Source: the human T2T-CHM13v2.0 reference genome, Homo sapiens. From it: DNA of 64,000 nt. Shown here piece after piece: positions 1 through 17,958 of this stretch. Location of the stretch: NCBI RefSeq assembly GCF_009914755.1, contig NC_060935.1; one strand, given 5' to 3'. The notes under the pieces were generated by a model. That model worked only from the letters and a program-made list of their open reading frames with translations, had not been told where the DNA came from and made no database searches. A program made the translations under genes and the position numbers. The first letter of the stretch is position 1, and the number at the start of each line of letters is the position of its first letter.

Positions 1-116
1 ATTGATATTTTGTTTCTTGATCATGATACATGTTCATGGTATTGTTCCATTTGTGAAAATTTATTGAATTAAACATGATACATGCATATATCTTCAATAA
101 AATTTCTAAAATAAAA
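1..116 (+). mobile_element. Old L1M(E)-type 3' end fragment
   Basis: Degenerate L1M 3'UTR-like sequence (tttcttgatc...ttgtgaaaatttattgaatt...cttcaataaaa) ending in an A-rich tail. Confidence 0.45.
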
Positions 117-789
117 TGTACTTTCCCATAGCTATGCTTTCAAATATTTTTATTGATAAAACTCATTATGTATATAAAATTCTCATTTTCCTTAAAGATG
201 AAAACACAATAAAAAATTATAGTCAGGATCATTAAAACCACATTTTTTTGATATCATCAGTGTATGTTTAACCATGAAAAGGAGCATAGAATATTTCTAT
301 TTTCATAAAAGATTAAATTAAAATATTGCAAAAATATGAGGAAATGACTACCTTAAGTGCATTTTTGTGTCTTATTCTGTAATGAAAGATATTTTAAACT
401 AAAAATCCATACTGGATTCATTTTGTTTGATTTCATTGTCTCTATGGATTAAATAAACCAGACAAATGTAAAATCTGATTTCGTTTGATGCTAATGAATG
501 TTACCTAAATGTCTAAATCATATTGCATCAGTGGAAGTAAGAACATATAAATGGATCTGAAATGAGGTCATTAGCCTTCCAATTACCTGAGATGAATTAC
601 TCCTTATACATTTTTCTTGTCTGTTCGTTGTGCTATGCTCACATGACTGGCCAACATTAAACTCTGTTTCTTTTATTTGAACCATTACCATAGTTTATCA
701 GAATCTCTGATATAGCAGCTATCTCACTCTAGCTTCTATTATGGCTATTTTTGTATTGCTTATCTTCCTTGTTGTATTGTTAACTTTTT

Positions 790-885
790 GTGGTCAGGGA
801 CTATGCTTTGCTTATCATTTTTATCTCTGCAAGAGCTGACCTCAAAGACTCATGTTTAGGAAGCACTCAACAATATTTATTAAAT
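790..885 (+). mobile_element. L2 3' end fragment
   Basis: cagggactatg...aggaagcactcaacaatatttattaaat resembles the L2 terminal consensus. Confidence 0.5.
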
Positions 886-1143
886 AGTTTTAATTCAGAT
901 AAGCAAAACAAGCTCTCACTGAAGACTTCAGAATTTATATTTGGAGTTTCCTGGGAGCAGTAACCTAATTGAAAAGGAAATTTGTCTTAAAGTTGCTTTG
1001 TTTATATTGCATTTTTATTAGAAGCAACTTTGGAGATGCCGATAGAAATTTTTATGCTAAAATATTCGTAAGAAGCCCCTTGGCAATTCTAACTGATACC
1101 TGTTTGTGTATTTTTAAAAGCTTTTATTCAGAACACATATGTT

Positions 1144-1751
<608 letters not shown>

Positions 1752-2289
1752 CCCCCCACACATTTATTTTTTGAAAAATAAATAAAAGCTTGAGGTCAAA
1801 ATATGATCTCAAAATCTGCATAGTAGATCAACAAATGTAGGTGTCTCAGAAGACACTAAAACAATTCTGCAGATAACTGGCAGTTGTCTTTGGAGCTTCA
1901 GAGATGTCTTTACCCCTGGGGATTCTGGATAAGCTCGAGGACATAAATTATAGCTGGTGAATATAACCTGCATGCCTGATTCTCAATAATCTATTACTAG
2001 CATAAACATTAGTTAGCTTTCCTTGATGACAGAATGAAAGGGAAAACGTGATTCTTTAACTGACACATTGCTAGAGGTTAATCCACTCTGGGACTCAAAT
2101 TTGATGACAACTGAGTCAGCTAAAATTTTAAATAAAGCATTTGCTTATACACAATTCGTTAAAAATGACCATATATTCAAGGTACATGATCTTGAATCAA
2201 AAGCACCAGTGTTATTACCAAGGCAATATTAATCAAAGTACCACTGATTTTTGACCTAGTCTAGTCCTAATTTTAATGAATTAAATATT

Positions 2290-2588
2290 ATTATTTTTTT
2301 TTTAGATGGAGTTTCGCTCTTGTCACCCAAGCTGTAGTGCAAAAGGCGCCATCTCGGCTCACTGCAACCTCCACCTCCCAGGTTCAAGTGATCCTGCCTC
2401 AGCTTCCTGAGTAGCTGGGATTACAGGCAGATGCCACCATGCCTGACTAATTTTTTTTTCGTATTTTTAGTAGAGAGGGGGTTTCGCCACGTTAGCCAGG
2501 CTGGTCTCGAATTCCTGACCTCAAGTGGTCCGCCCACCTCAGCCTCCCAAAGTGCTGGGATTACAGGCGTGAGCCACTGTGCCCGGCC
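2290..2588 (-). mobile_element. AluS (Sq-like)
   Basis: Antisense Alu: poly-T, gagtttcgctcttgt ... gagccactgtgcccggcc. Confidence 0.95.
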
Positions 2589-5407
2589 CTTAGTTTAAAT
2601 TCTAATGATTTTTAAAAATCTAGTGTAACTCATGAATGTTTGGCTGTGTCTACGTAGCCAGAAAAATATCTGATTCATCAACTCCGAAAGGACAGCCCTG
2701 TGATTGTTTCTGGGTTTACCTGGAAGTTAGTTATAGACTTGTGTCTGTCATAAAGATGAAATGAGCTAGCTAGTAATTTTTAATATGCGCTTTAAAGTTT
2801 AAAAGTCCTCTTGCAGAACCTAGGGCCATGGTTTGGAGATGTGTAGATGGATGGGTTACATCTGGCAACCTAGTTTTACTTCATAAGCAGTGGTGCGTTA
2901 AAACAACAACAATAACAAAAAACCTAAAAACTTTGGCTGCAGCTTTCTTGAAATGAATATCCTTCTGTACTTCTCGATAGTTCATAATCCAGAGATGAAG
3001 CACCACCTGTGAAACTTAGAAAGGACCAGGAAGAGCTGAACTTGGTGGGTCTCTTGGGTCCCAGATACTTGCCTGCAGTTTTGCTCTGATACTATACTCT
3101 ATTCCTTTATTTTGATTACAATCTTAAATGTCAATTATCTGTGCAGGCTTATCAGTCCTCTCAATTATCATATCTTTGCAATCTTGCATCAACTGATTGG
3201 TAAGTGCAAATTTTTCCCATAACCAAAATGGAGAGATATACTTCTATAGTCTATTCCATTTTTGGCAAACTTTGTGATGCATGGCACATCCATAAATTCA
3301 TTTGAACTGACTTAGGTCAGAAAACTCACAATGATACCAGTTCCATATGCAAATCATTTAAATTTATGGAAAGTCATGTTTTACCATCAAAAATCCCTGT
3401 GAGATATGTTGCCAAATTTTGTCTTCTTACAGGTTAGGGATTGTAAAGGAGATTTGGTTGCTTTTCCTCATCAGTTACATAACAAATTCAAAATACACAC
3501 ATAAAATCTAAGTAAAAACTTTACCAAGCCTCTAGCCTCCCATTTCAGCTAGGTTGCTGCTTCTAAGTCACCTGCCATGTAGAATTTATCACAACCAGTA
3601 AACAAGCAAATTTATGCTTTCCTCCATAAAAACAAAGACTCAGGAAATTTAGGTAAATTTTTTAACGTCACAAAGTGGTTGCTCAAACTCTTCCTTATGT
3701 AACCTAAGCAATGTAGATTCTCTAATGATAGTTTCCAATAAAAGCTTAATGAACATTCGTGTTATTTTAACCTGCTATTCATGTTAAGAAGTTCAAACAC
3801 TGAAGTACTTGCATTTGATAAATACTGTTATTTATAACAGAAAGCTTAATTAACTGGATACATTAACCTCATTATAAATATAATATTTGATAGCTTAGTA
3901 ATTCTGCAGTTGAAAACAGGTTAATATATGAGTTCCGTGTTCAGTCTAAGTTAATAGAAAGTTGCACCTCATTTTCTTTTCAACGCATTCCTCCCTACTA
4001 AAGTTTGATTGTTTATCTTCCTGAATTTTATCATAGAATAGGTTTTATTTTATTTTTCTAGGATGCGAAATGATAGCTCAGGTGGAAAATTAAACAAGAC
4101 ACATAATATTAAATTGGTCTTAGTCTATTAAGAAAAATTAGGGTACAGGTATGAAAGAAATTTTGCTACCGGAATTTTTAGCTTTTAATACACTCCACAG
4201 TATCTGGCAGCAGTTTTTCAGGAGACACTAGATTGACAGGTTAATTATAGAAGACGTAAAACTATATGTACAGATAGCAAATCAAACGAGTATTCATTCA
4301 CTTGGCACTCTACCAGAAAGCGGCAGACAACTTTTATTTGAAACTATTTGAGGATACAAATCATATAATGCATGACATTGAAGATTCCCATGACAAATGC
4401 ATAGTGAGGCTGCCAGTATGATTACTGATTCACATCCAAACATACATTTATGGGGAGAAAAAAACACCTCAATTCACTTCAAAGTAAATGAATTCTATTA
4501 GGGTGTGCCATACTCTAGTATGCTGCACAATATCCTTCAGCTTGAATGAAATCACCTTCAAGTTTTACCATTACCACACTGATGTCTTGACATAATTTGA
4601 AAGTTATATTACTACCTTTGTCATTTTGCACTGAAAAGATGCAGACATGCTGGCAAAGAATTTCTTGATACAGTACATTTGGACCAATGAAAATAATTTT
4701 TTATCCACATTTATACAGAGGAGTTCACCTTGCTTTGAAGGCAGTCTGAACTTCTGAAAGTGGATATAAGGGATACCTTCTTGAATGTATCTGTCTTGAA
4801 ATGATAAACCTTCCAGAAGACATCATTTCAATATCAGATGATGATTTTCATATATGCCATGTGGAACTCCAAGCTGTGTTGCTTATTGGTCTGGGTAGAT
4901 ATAGCCCTGATATTTCATGTTATTTTGGCTATGAATAAGTCTTAAAGACATGCAAAATATATTTCACAAGTGTGAGAATTGTTCTGCTCTTCTTCACCAA
5001 AATCATTCCTCTCCCCACCGTTGTGCCATATGTTCTGTGCAGACTGTCTATTTGGCTGCTGCTATCAGCCCTGGAAATGGCCTCATTTCAGTGGTGAAAT
5101 GATCCCTGTATGAAAGAAGTTTGCGGGGCACTTTGGGGACTCACAAAATGAGTGAATCTATGTCACTCTGAAATGCTTTAATTAGTATGTGATTGCTTTC
5201 ATGTCTTTGGCAAATCCACAAACAGGATAAATTAATGGATTCTAATATGGAATCCGTGGCAGAGATGTGGTTTGAATATCCTCTTCCTTTATTAAATTGC
5301 TTAATTCTGAAACAGAGGAATCTGGGTATGATTCTTTGGGGAACAAACAAACAAAAAACTTTCTAATTCTTCTATTTGCATCAAATAGAAGTGTCAAAAG
5401 CCATCAA

Positions 5408-5560
5408 TAACTAATAATTCATTGAGGGTTGACTGTGTTCCAGGCCCTTTTCTTAGCCTCTTTCATGTACTTATTTATATTTCCCTCTCAAGGTTTCAAT
5501 GGAACAAGTTATTTTATTATTATTATTTAGATTAAACTGAGGTTCAGCTGAGTTTAATTC
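5408..5560 (-). mobile_element. MIR fragment
   Basis: cattgagggttgactgtgttccaggc ... ttagattaaactgaggttcag, antisense MIR core. Confidence 0.55.
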
Positions 5561-5777
5561 ATTTATAGGGACTCCTTTTAATAGGCAATCCTTTTAATGC
5601 CCTGGATGGAGCCTTAGGTTTGTGTTCATATTGTTGGACCTCATTAAGTATTTCCAGTGTTGTATTATTTTTCTTAAAAAGAGTTACCCGATTTGTGTAA
5701 GATTCAGCTGAAACAAAATTTGTATCGTGATTCTATAATTATCAGAAATAATTATAGAAAAAGTTTTAGTCACTTTG

Positions 5778-6139
5778 TGTCTTATTCTATTTGAGTTGCC
5801 ATAAAAATATCAATCAACTGAGTAGTTTATAAACAATAGAAATTTATTGCTTACAGTTTCAGAGACTGGGAAGTCCAAGATCAAGGTACTGAAAGATGTG
5901 GTGTCTGGTGAAGGCCCACTTTCTGGCTCACAGATGTGACTTCTTGTTGTATCCTCACATGGTGGAAGGGGTGAGGGGTATCTCTTGGGTCTCTTTATAA
6001 AAGCACTAATCCCACTCATGAGTGCTCTGCCCCCATGATCTAATTACCTCTTAAATACCCACCTTCTAATACCATCATGTTGTGGGTGAGGATATCCAAA
6101 TATGTATTTTTGAGGAACATAAACATTCATACCATAGCA
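5778..6139 (-). mobile_element. MLT1A-type solo LTR (ERVL-MaLR)
   Basis: tgtctta...agaaatttattgcttacagtttc...gggaagtccaagatcaagg...accatagca. Confidence 0.85.
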
Positions 6140-6770
6140 ATGGGAAAGTTCAATTAATAGATGTTTTAGAAAACCTACACAGCTAACGAATCAAATGGCA
6201 TAAAATGTCAATTTTGCTGTCAAATAAATCATAATCACATCCAAAAGATATTACATACATATCTAGATGCATGGCCATAGGAAGAACACAGTCTTATTGC
6301 CCAATAATTTCTAATTTTGGATCTCAAAGATGATAAACATAAACTTTCAGAAATCTTCCTGGAAGAGCTGTAGCTAGAGATGAGCTCTGAAGAATCAGTA
6401 AGCTTTGGATAAAGGAAAAATACCTTTCAGGAAATGTAAGGTAGTAAATCACCAGATTTATACCCCAGTGCTCTCAGGTTGCTCTCTTCACTACCCAAAA
6501 CATTGTTCTGTTATTCTCTAAAACCTTTTACATTTCATTATTTTAGAATCATTAAAAATGTTTCATCTCCCAGCTATTTGGGAATGCCTGATGCAAGGAA
6601 GATATTTTAAGCATCACTTTATCATGTCAGCAATCCTAAAAATTTGGAGCAGTCTCAGAATTTGGCGCAAAGCTTGTTATATTTTAGGCTAATCTACGTT
6701 AAATGAAAAAAGGCATGACTCTCGTATCCTGCAGTTAACTCTTTCATTCCTTGTGAGCACCAGCACGCTG

Positions 6771-6772
<2 letters not shown>

Positions 6773-6807
<35 letters not shown>
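6773..6807. repeat. (GT)17 microsatellite
   Basis: Read directly from the sequence. Confidence 0.98.
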
Positions 6808-6808
<1 letters not shown>

Positions 6809-7212
6809 CTCATGTTGCTTCAATTCAGAAGATGTGCTCTGGCCTTTGGCCTTTTGAGTTTAGGAATAAATAACACAAGATATAAGCCATAATAAACAGA
6901 TTTCTGCTAAGCATTCTATACTAAAATTGCAGAGTTTTTTATGTAATAACTGATTAGTAATAATATTAACAGCATAAGGCCTTATACATGCATAATAAAA
7001 TTACTACTATACTTAATTATTAAAGCCATGTGTGTATCAAATCCTTTTTATATGTAGTAGTTAACTTCATTCTTTAAAAAGGCATTGATATAAATTTGTC
7101 AACAAATAAAACAACTTTTGATTATCTGCTTTATGTAACGAGATAACCAGTCCCCATTTTGGAGCGGCCACCAAGGATTTGCAACTCTTACTATCTACAC
7201 CACTGTGTAATC

Positions 7213-7312
7213 CAGTGCTTCTCAATAGCAGGTGATCTCCCTCTGCTCCAGGAACATTTGAAAATATTTAAGGATAATTTTAGTTGTCTCAGTCTGGGGA
7301 TGGGGGTGTTAG
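7213..7312 (+). mobile_element. MER20 (hAT-Charlie), 5' half
   Basis: cagtgcttctcaa...caggaacatttg...ttttagttgtctca matches the start of MER20. Confidence 0.65.
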
Positions 7313-7314
7313 CC

Positions 7315-7652
7315 TACAGTCTCTTGAACTGCCTGCTCTGAGAAAAGCTAGTTGCTATGTTGTGAAGACACTAGCCTTATAGGCAGGCCTACGTGATAGG
7401 GAACTGAGGCCTCTTGCAAGACATGTGAGTAATCCACATTGGAGGCAGATCCTGCAGCCCCAGTCAAGCCTGTATGTGGTTGCATCCCTAACCATCCTGA
7501 CTGCAAACTCCTGATATTCCTTGAGCTAGAACTACCTAACCACACCATTTCTGAATTTTTGAATCACAGAAACTGCGAGATAACAGGTGTTTATTGCTTT
7601 AAGCCACTAAGGCCTGGGATGATTTGTTATACAGAAATAGATGACAAATGCA
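7315..7652 (+). mobile_element. MLT1F/G-type LTR, 3' part
   Basis: ggaactgaggcctc...gatcctgcagccccagtcaagcct...tttaagccactaag...tttgttatacagaaataga. Confidence 0.75.
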
Positions 7653-7759
7653 TAAACTAAGTTATGTATATATGTGTATCTATTGTGGTTCTTAAAGCTA
7701 ATTACAGCTGTCCCATAAGCTGCTCAGAGGCAGCAAATTTTTAAAATCATTTCTATAAA

Positions 7760-7885
7760 AAATGTGGCTCACGACATAGAAAAATGGTATCACCTCCGAA
7801 TTTGTTAGCAACACAGAATCTCAGACAATATTTCACAGGTACTAAATCAGAATTTGGAAAATTTTAAAAATCTTCAGGTTATTCA
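7760..7885. mobile_element. MER5-type DNA transposon relic
   Basis: atcacct...ttgttag...cagaatctcag...tactaaatcagaat. Confidence 0.45.
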
Positions 7886-8513
7886 AAGCCCTTTATACTT
7901 TGTGCTATCTTAAAAGGCAAGAAAAAGAAATAAAATAAAAAACTAGGCATTGCCACTTACTAGGAGCTTTTGTAGGTTGAATTAGAAAATTAGGTCAAAT
8001 GGATGAAGTAGTGCTTTATATTAATAATTTGGGTTATGCCTTTGTAGAACTTTTTATGCATTTTGCAAAGATAATGGAGATTTATATAAATGAGTCAAAC
8101 AATTATTTTATAACAGCAATAGATTTGTTTGCGACTGAATATTTTCTATGTCTTCAAACCAAATATGTTACATTACTGATTGTTTCTTTACAAATGAAGC
8201 TTAGATCATGGGTGTATATATTTTATATATGCTTGTGTTCTCACTATATAAGGGCATTAAGACCAACTCCATTGAAGGAAGAAAGGATCACTTCCGAAAG
8301 CAGTGAGTTTTAAAAACTGCCAGTTAATGTCATCAACTTGGCAATTCTCGTCCCCAAGGGGGGTTGGTAATTTGGTTCTCTGCTGGAGAAATCTTAAAAA
8401 CTTCTACCTAGTAACAAAATTGGAACTTCCTTTTATCTATAAACAAAAACTACTGAGAAGTACTAAATTAAGAAATATGTTTTAAGTAAAACTATTCGTG
8501 TTTTTGAAATGGA

Positions 8514-8886
8514 TGCTTTCATGGTTTAAATATCTACCCACTCCCAAACTCCTGCTGAAATTTAATTGCCACAATTTCATACTTAACCTAAGTATTGAAA
8601 GGTAGGACCTTTAAGAGATGATTAGGTCATGAGGGTTCTGCCTTCATGAATGGATTAATGCTGTTATGATGGGAGTGGATTACTTATAAACAGACTAGTT
8701 TTGCTCTCTTTTTTCTCTCTCTCACCCTCACTTTGCCCTTCTGCATGGGCCAACACAAGAAGCCTCTCACCAGACAACAGCCCCTCAACCTTAGATTCCC
8801 AGCCTTCAGGACCATAAGTCAATAAATGTCTGTTTATTATACATTAGCCAGTCCGTGGCATTCTGTTACAGCAGCACAAAGACAGA
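8514..8886 (+). mobile_element. MST-type (MSTC/D-like) solo LTR
   Basis: atggtttaaatat...tgattaggtcatgaggg...aataaatgtctgttta...ttctgttacagcagcaca. Confidence 0.8.
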
Positions 8887-8939
8887 TGCCTTTATAATTA
8901 TTTGATATTAACCATATCCTTTTTTCTTGCATTTCTAAA

Positions 8940-9670
8940 TATAACCTTTTCTTTTTATCATTCTGCCTTGCTAACTGACACTTTTTTACCTATTGTGCTG
9001 GGATTTTCTACTCTACTGCTTTCTTTCTCTAATGTTGGACTTTCCTGGGCCATACTATTTTCTTTCCTGCACAATTTACCCTAAGTAGTTACCATTTATA
9101 TGCTGATAATGCCCTGCTATGAATCTCCAGTTCAAACATCTCCTCCAAGTTCCAGATAAATTTTGTCTATTTTCATCTGCTTAAGAACTCATCAATATCC
9201 GACATTAAACATGGTCAAAATGTAATTATTAAGTCTCTTTTCAACAACAAATATCTGTTCTTTCCCTAGGGCTCCACATCTCAGTAAACAGTAGCATTAT
9301 CTCCAGCCAGAAAACCAGTTCACATATTTTCTTTTATTTTCCTCCACTCACATCCACATGTGTGCTGCCATGAGGACTTACTGGTTCTGATTTAGAAATA
9401 TATATGTAATCTATGTACACATTTTTATACTGGCTTACAACACTATAATTACTCACCTGCAATAGCCTCATAAATGGCCCCCTGCTTTGCACTAATGAGG
9501 GGTTACATGATGACCTTATGGAAACACATATAGTATAATATAAATGTCCCTCTTCAAATTCTTCGTGAGTGGCATCTCATAACACTACAAGTGAATCCAA
9601 ACTATACAGGACTAGCTACTCAAGTTCATGTCAGCCTCTCTCTAGCTTTTTGCCTCTGCTTCAAACTATA
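8940..9670 (+). mobile_element. L2 ORF2 3' fragment
   Basis: accatttatatgctgataat (remnant of the YADD motif), catctcagtaaacagtagca, typical L2 pyrimidine-rich strand. Confidence 0.6.
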
Positions 9671-11124
9671 ATATAATATATGATATTATTTACTCACTAA
9701 ATAAAATAATATGCACCGTATCTTCTAAATAAATTATTTCTTGAAACAAAGGTACAAATATATTATTCTACTTTGATATTTATCTTCAAATACAAGACAA
9801 TAATTCATCATGTGAATTAAAAAGTTCTTCATGTACAACTAAAAGTGTACATCATGCATAGTGAATATTATTGAGACTCCTATTTATCAAGTCAAAGTGT
9901 TGTTTTTAACTAGAATGCTTAGTCCTCAGTGATTTATTTTAGGAAAAAAAAATCATGTCAGTGTTATTTTGGAAATTCATTTTTTGCCAAACACAGCATC
10001 TGTCTTTATTTGAAATCTTTAACATAGTTCTTGGGTTGAGTTGAAGATCCCTAGTTCTGGATAGGCCATGTTCTCCCCTTTATGAGAAGGACTTCACAGG
10101 ATATATATGCCAACCTTCTCTCCAGTAAACTTCCCAACTGTGTACAGGGAAGGAAGGTTAGTTCTGAGCCAGCTGGATGAAATGCCAGTAGTTGCAGACT
10201 CTCTCGGTCACTGCCTAAAAATTATAAATGCTGTGGCTATGCTCCTTTTTCCAAATTTCTTACAAGGCTTCCATCAGTCTAAGCACAGACAATCTCATCC
10301 ACTTCTTACTTATAAGGATACGATGTAGGAGGAGAAATACACTGCTAGAAGAAACTTTATTTGAACTGATATTTCTGAGTATTTTGAAGCAGAAATGTTG
10401 GATGAGACATGCCTCTGGCAATGTTTTATGTTGTTTTTCACCTGAATACAGACATTGCTTTGGCCTAAATAGAAGAAAACCCAAGACTAATGTTTATCAG
10501 TTTAGAATATACTTAGGGATGATGAATGATTTTGACAAAGAGTCTAAAAGAACAAACTTTTAAAAAATGTTCATGAGGCTAATAATATAGAACTATAAAA
10601 CACATTGTCAAAATTTCCTGTTGTTTCTTGACCATGCCACATAACTACTACCTCAGTTTTACAGATAACTTAGTTTAAACATAATGAAAATATTTCTTTA
10701 ATCTAGGTCTCTAATTTTTCTTTTTACAAAATAGCTATAGTTTCTCTGAATCCATTTTGTGTTAAATTTCTTAGGCACTCTCTTATTATAACGAATAATT
10801 CATTATCTTCATTATCATTATCACGAAATAGTCATTGAACAAGAAAAGTGTAATGGTTTCTGATGTCCTTTTATTTATTTTAATCTTATTAATATAGTAA
10901 TGTGTGAATCATAAGTTTCAAAAAAATTACTCTCTATTGATATGAATGATGTTTAGTCTTTACATGATTCCTAGAAATTATGTTTTATAAAGTAACCAAT
11001 AAAGTATTAAAAGAAAAATTACCTCTGTACCACAGCTCACAAATTCAACCGATGTCCATGCTAGAGTTTGATGTTGAGTCCCTTCAAGGGGTGTGGCATA
11101 CAATTACTTGTGCTTTCAGTATTA

Positions 11125-15019
<3,895 letters not shown>

Positions 15020-16049
15020 TCAGCAATAGGGTCCTAAAACCCAAATGCATTTTTCTAATAACCACTTTTTACTTTTCCTAATATAATAATACTTTGTTTT
15101 AGAAGCTGTCTCATAACATACAGTTAACTACTCCTATGACATCACTCAATTGATCTGTGATAAAATTCTGTAAGATCAAGTAACTCTGAAAAAAAAATAG
15201 TTTTGTGATACCTTGTTCTCTATCCAGCTATGAAGATTAGAGAATGTGGACCTCTGCACACCAAGCATTGCATAGAATCTCTTCTACATAAAATAACTAT
15301 TAGATATGAGAAGAATATCCATTTCTGATTTTTAGGGCAACCAATTTGCTATATATAGATTTGAGTTAAATGCTATGAAATATGTTAAACAAATTGAGAG
15401 TGTAGCAGCTCCAGGGAAACCTACGAGCTCTCAGGAATGGAGATTTCTGATTTGGGAGTCACAGAGGGAAAGTTAAGGGGTGACATTTGAGCTGCTCTCT
15501 AGCCTGCTCAGTCACATTAGCCTCTCATTATAAAGTCAGGCCTGAGCATTGGCAGAAGCAAAAGGGTGAAAAGTTTTTCATCTTCTTCGTCTGTTCATTT
15601 TCTCTACCTAAGAAGAGGTTCTACCTCCTCACCTACTTTCTACATATCAAATTTTGCTAATTTAGATTCATTATTTGTGCTTTTTAATTTCCCCCCAGTG
15701 AATTCCCTTAACCATTACTCTGTACATTTTAAACTTTTTATCAAATTTTGTATGGAGATCAGTAGCTTCACACCACCTCCCAGCAAAACATTTCAAACGT
15801 CAAATAATAGAAGCAGAATTAAGTTGAAGGCAGCTAGGTTCTTTACAGGATCTTTGAGCTCAGAACTCCAGGTTGGTACATGGACTGAAAAGCTAAAAAC
15901 AGGGGCAGAATAAAAGCCATAACAATTTATTTTCTACCCTGTGATTTGCCAACCTTTCTCAGTTCACTGTCTATTCCCTGTTGTAAGACATGTCCTAATT
16001 TTTGATTACAGAAGTATCTATGACAAGTATAGACAAGTAGAGTTATTTT

Positions 16050-17140
16050 CCATTTTTTTGAGCACGGGATTTTCCTTCAAGGAGCTTGCAACCAGTCCAA
16101 TGGTGGAGGTACTTGAATAGCTTGTATAGAAATACAAATCCAACTCAGGTGTAAAAAAATGGTTTCTTGGAAGAGATGGCATAATTAGAAGTTTTGAAAG
16201 AAAATAAGGCCAAAATTAAAGAGAAGTTTATTCTAGGCACAGGACTTACAAGACAGGAGGATATATGATGAATGAAATATTTTAGGGAGAAATGTGTGGT
16301 GTTCAATGGAATTTTTTAGAGAGAAAAGTATGGAGAAATATATTAAAGGGCACTATGTATTATGCTAATGGGTTTGAATATTGTTTTGAATATTGTGAGG
16401 AAGCTTGGGAGAATGTTAGGCAAAGGTGAATATATCACATGTGGAATTCCCAACACTTTTCTAGGATTAAAGTGGAAGGTGTATTGCAAGTGAGAAAAAG
16501 GTAAGAATAGCAAGAGGAAAGCCAGTTAGTAATACTCATGGACATTGAAGCTTAGATTTGATTGATACTAAGGGCTGTTCCTTTTCAGTATCATAAAAGG
16601 TTCTTCATGAAATGGCTTTCCCGTTTCCCAAAATGTCCCCCAGAATGTCTCTTCGTTGTATCTGATCTAAGTCCAAATGATGTGAACTGCCTTCCAGGAA
16701 AATTAGAATTTTTTTAATATTTGAATTACCCTGTAAAGTACCTGTAGAAACATTTTCCCTGTTAAATTAATTCAGCCTAGATGTACTGACCACCTGTGTA
16801 TGCAAGATTGTGTTAAGATTTGTAGTAAAAAAAAAAAAATCATAAGCCATGGTAGGACACAATGCTTGCTTGCACTTATAAGTCTTAAAATATAAGAAAG
16901 AGATGTGAGGCACATGGAAAACAAGTTTCATACATATGGAACAGATTTAAGAAGAAAATTCAGAAGAGAAGTGACCTCTACCAAGGAATCCATCCTAGAC
17001 GCTCTGTTTTAACATTACTTAAAACGTGAACCGGATATCAAGAAGTGAAGAAAATCAGGTGTTCTATAAACAGACAGAAACAAAAATATGCAGGGGAAAA
17101 CAAAGTAGTGGTAGAAAAATTAATTGATTAGGTATAGAGT
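16050..17140 (-). mobile_element. Highly decayed L2 fragments
   Basis: ccttcaaggagcttgca, ttctaggcacagg, tactgaccacctgtgtatgcaag: purine-rich antisense L2-like pieces. Confidence 0.4.
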
Positions 17141-17925
17141 TGTGATGCCTCACAATTCATTTCCGTCTGAAAAACTGCACAAAGATCTATGTGTTCTACA
17201 AAAGCCTATATATTCTGCTGTATATCCAATGATATACCAGTGAGGTCAAATTCAAATTTTGCAGAAGTATGTGGGAGTGACCATTTAAAAATCAGGCTAA
17301 CCACATCTTTTTGTTCCATAGATTTCTGATGGAATCATTTTTTCTTTTAAATTAGGATTTTTCCCTCTAGGGAAGACGGTACCTACACAGTGGTAAAAAC
17401 ACTTAATGAAGGATGAGAAGAAATTACTAGCTAAAGCAACCCGTATGTCTGTCTAGGCTTCTACAGCAGTCAGTTATTCGGCTGTCCTAAACTAAACAGC
17501 CTCACTATGTCAACAGCCTTAGTCTGTCAATTTATGCATTTATGCACTTTCACAAACATCCCTATTTTGGGTTAGGAAATGAGCACTTCAAGGTCATCTG
17601 GAGGTGACCAGCTATTACAGGTTAATGCATAAGACTAAAGAAGGACAGAAAAAAATATGGCGATTATTTTTATTTCCTTGCCAAAGGACATTTAAGCCCA
17701 AGGGAGGAAGAAATTGGGCTTGCACTGTGTTGTTTATGTATCATCTAAATTCTTCTCAGGAAAAAAAAAAGCATTGAGAAACCAATTTCTCTGCAGCTAA
17801 ATACTCTGCCAACGATTTACCTCGTATTTCATTTAAGGTGAAGTTGAATATCTAAAAGAAAATCACTTCAGCATGGACCTGATGCTAATTAACATCATTA
17901 TGTTTCCTTCCTCTTTTTCTTTTAG

Positions 17926-17958
17926 CTAACCTGATCGGAGGTCCTAGGTGCATACCAA
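17926..17958 (+). other. Candidate 33-nt phase-1 symmetric microexon (x-NLIGGPRCIP-x), host gene unknown
   Basis: Long pyrimidine tract ending in TAG acceptor, branch-point-like ctaat about 40 nt upstream, CAA|GTCAGT donor, one open frame, 17/33 GC in AT-rich flanks. Confidence 0.25.

Noticed and set aside
2110-2130. AP-1/ARE-like tgagtcagc, and octamer ATGCAAAT at about 3347 and 24137
   Set aside because: Isolated short motifs at chance frequency.
4062-4148. Exon-like segment with tttttctag acceptor and CAG|GTATGA donor
   Set aside because: Stops in all three frames; such splice-like pairs arise by chance in AT-rich DNA. A non-coding exon cannot be excluded.
7999-10563. Non-repeat ORFs of 104 aa (7999) and 111 aa (10228)
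   Set aside because: Composition matches translated AT-rich DNA; no domain or splice support.
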